A program made the translations under genes and the position numbers. From an uncultured Chitinophaga sp. (lineage in GTDB: Bacteria; Bacteroidota; Bacteroidia; Chitinophagales; Chitinophagaceae): a DNA stretch of 64,000 nucleotides. Below, piece after piece: positions 62,223 through 64,000 of the stretch (its first letter is position 1; each line of letters opens with the position of its first letter). Under the pieces are notes generated by a model, which searched no databases, was not told the origin of the DNA, and saw only the letters and a program-made list of their open reading frames with translations. The DNA is taken from the NCBI GenBank assembly GCA_964386395.1, contig CAYLRV010000001.1, positions 23,807 through 87,806 on the forward strand. Reading direction: 5' to 3'.

Positions 62223-64000
62223 TTAATTCCCTTTTGTTCCTTTTAGAGTTTGAACACAATTGGCACATGCTGGAACTGCTTTAATCGGGTTAGGCTTAAT
62301 ATAGTCTAAAGTAATTGGGCTATTTCCCCTATAGCTAAATCCGCTTTTTAAAGTAAATGAACTTGAATATATCGTTGCCTCATCAGTAACTAGTAGCGCT
62401 TGTGAAACTGTAATATTTCTCTTTTTTATTCCCAAATTTAAAAGTGTATTTATTGCTTTTGGCTCTGCGCACTGCAATGCTGGCCTTCCACTTTTCATCA
62501 AACTCACCAATGGAGCTTTCAGGTTTCTATTAATATTCATTGGATAATGACTTCCATTAACTCCAACAGAAACAAAGCCATTCCCTTCAGCTGCTGATAC
62601 TACTTGAATACCTTTATTATTAATTGGAGCTAAATGTGTCATCTTGAGAATAGCATAATCATTTGCAGCCATTTGAGCAGTATATTTTGCAGCAGGAGCA
62701 GATGCGATTTTTATACCACTGGAGATCTTCGAAGTATAACCTGGGGCTAGGAAAGCAATTCCATTCTCCAAGGTTTGAGGATTTTTGAGAGCATTCCATG
62801 AGTCCTCTAATTGTACTCCAAATGGAGTGTTCCAGGTATAATTCCATGAGCTTACGACACTATTGTTAATACCACTACTTATAACATTTAACTCATCAGC
62901 CAAATCAGCAAAAAAAGTTCCATTCTTAATACTATTTACGCCTTTGATGGTTCCATTCGTAAAATCCACAACTGTCCAATTCCATGCTTTTATTAGTCCA
63001 TTAGGCACCGCACTTAACCAGTCTACAAGATTTCCTTGCTGAGGAATTGTACGAACATATCCTACATATGGAATATCATTAGCTGTCTTAGGATCTGCGC
63101 ATTCTCCGCTATGTTCTTTTCCGCAGACCGGGCAATTCCCACCGGCATGGTCACCATTCACATCAGATAAAAGAACTGGATTCCCTGCAAAACATAAATA
63201 AGAACTTTCATATTCTTTAACTATCGGGTCCACATTCCACCTCCTCACAATCCTTGCATCATACTGCCAGAACTCTGCAGTTGTACTATTAGCTCCAATT
63301 TCCGGCGTTTTCTCCTGCCCGTTTATTGAGTACCGGTAACTGCTGCCCGCCTGCTCAAATTTCCGGCCCGGCATTTCCATACCACCACTGTAGCCGTCAA
63401 CGGCTGTAGCCACATCAGCCGTGTAATATGCTACCGTTGTATTGTTGGTACTCACCTGTATCTTCCTGTCACTCACCGTTACCAGCACATTCCCTAAATG
63501 GTTACTCAGCTCATACACCGTACTGCCCCTTTCAAAACTGTAGATACCTATTGTATTTGCAACCGGGTTCTCCACATTTACATCGCGGTTCACAATACCG
63601 AGACGACTGCTGCCATAGAGGTGTACTTCGGCTTGTATCAAATCCTTCATCGAGCCACCAATTACATCCGAAGGCAATGGCAGCTTTTCATATACACTCA
63701 TTACATTACCACTGGCATCACGCACATAAATAGTGGTGCTGGGGCCGCCCGTTGCTATAGGAGGAGTTACCACTTTGCTGATACGATTACCACCTGCATC
63801 ATAGGTATAAGCAATCGTAGTAGTTTCACCACTCTTCACTTTAGTTATGCTGCTTATTTTTCCATATACATTCCACTCAATATTAGTAATACCTTCTTTT
63901 ATATCTTTTACCAGGTTACCAATCTCATCGTACTCATAATTATCATCTGCCTGGTTGTCTATATCTTCCTGGTAGTTAGCATCGCCTATGGCATCTTTTA
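62223..64000 (-). CDS. RHS/YD-repeat polymorphic toxin, C-terminal part (N-terminus outside window)
   Basis: The frame is open to the window edge (...YEYDEIGNLVKD...IEWNVYGKI...YTYDAGGNRISK). The core ends at NPVLLSDVNGD (PxxxxDPxGL-like). A variable C-terminal domain of about 310 aa follows. Confidence 0.8.
   Translation of the reverse strand, partial: KDAIGDANYQEDIDNQADDNYEYDEIGNLVKDIKEGITNIEWNVYGKISSITKVKSGETTTIAYTYDAGGNRISKVVTPPIATGGPSTTIYVRDASGNVMSVYEKLPLPSDVIGGSMKDLIQAEVHLYGSSRLGIVNRDVNVENPVANTIGIYSFERGSTVYELSNHLGNVLVTVSDRKIQVSTNNTTVAYYTADVATAVDGYSGGMEMPGRKFEQAGSSYRYSINGQEKTPEIGANSTTAEFWQYDARIVRRWNVDPIVKEYESSYLCFAGNPVLLSDVNGDHAGGNCPVCGKEHSGECADPKTANDIPYVGYVRTIPQQGNLVDWLSAVPNGLIKAWNWTVVDFTNGTIKGVNSIKNGTFFADLADELNVISSGINNSVVSSWNYTWNTPFGVQLEDSWNALKNPQTLENGIAFLAPGYTSKISSGIKIASAPAAKYTAQMAANDYAILKMTHLAPINNKGIQVVSAAEGNGFVSVGVNGSHYPMNINRNLKAPLVSLMKSGRPALQCAEPKAINTLLNLGIKKRNITVSQALLVTDEATIYSSSFTLKSGFSYRGNSPITLDYIKPNPIKAVPACANCVQTLKGTKGN

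Overview
The window looks like a Bacteroidota chromosome, probably Chitinophagaceae-like. Supporting signs are T9SS C-terminal sorting domains, a GxxExxY cassette, few Shine-Dalgarno sites, and hairpin plus T-run terminators. Most of it is ordinary housekeeping or accessory content: sulfatase, GH63-like hydrolase, two tandem cell-wall amidases, a DEAD-box helicase, fused isobutyryl-CoA mutase IcmF, an AmgK/MurU-like pair, M1 peptidase, RidA, TsaB, an ArsR plus MBL-rhodanese pair, a two-component system, a cytochrome c peroxidase cluster, two giant T9SS proteins, an LpxH-like gene plus a glycosyltransferase, a umuDC locus, and an RHS toxin with its immunity gene. The standout region is a minus-strand locus at about 29.6-36.6 kb. 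Reading 5' to 3' on the minus strand it holds: a small SD-preceded hydrophobic ORF; a tightly packed array of about 15 tRNA or tRNA-like genes; a YkuK/DUF458 RNase-H-like gene; an AAA+ ATPase; a structured RNA built from two circularly permuted tRNA-like modules (T-arm, loop-closed acceptor hairpin, D-arm), which resembles YrlA-type Y RNAs; an SPFH/band-7 protein; and the RNA ligase RtcB. Anticodons read by eye are Gln-UUG, His-GUG, Gln-CUG?, Arg-ACG, Ile-UAU, Leu-UAG, Met-CAU, Ile-GAU, Val-UAC, Lys-UUU, one unclear, Tyr-GUA, Ser-GCU, Phe-GAA and one degenerate. Four of the array tRNAs carry the same about 20-nt imperfect palindrome, inserted exactly between T-loop positions 56 and 57 (TTC^GAA), in both orientations. 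A 21-nt copy of the same palindrome sits in frame inside the YkuK-like CDS. Several other array members have weak D-stems, a class I body with a Leu anticodon, an elongated anticodon arm, or an anticodon arm replaced by a short hairpin. A 2H (LigT-like) phosphoesterase lies about 3 kb upstream. I read the whole locus as a candidate, apparently undescribed, tRNA-centred RNA repair, decoy or processing island. All RNA folds here were done by eye and need computational and experimental confirmation.
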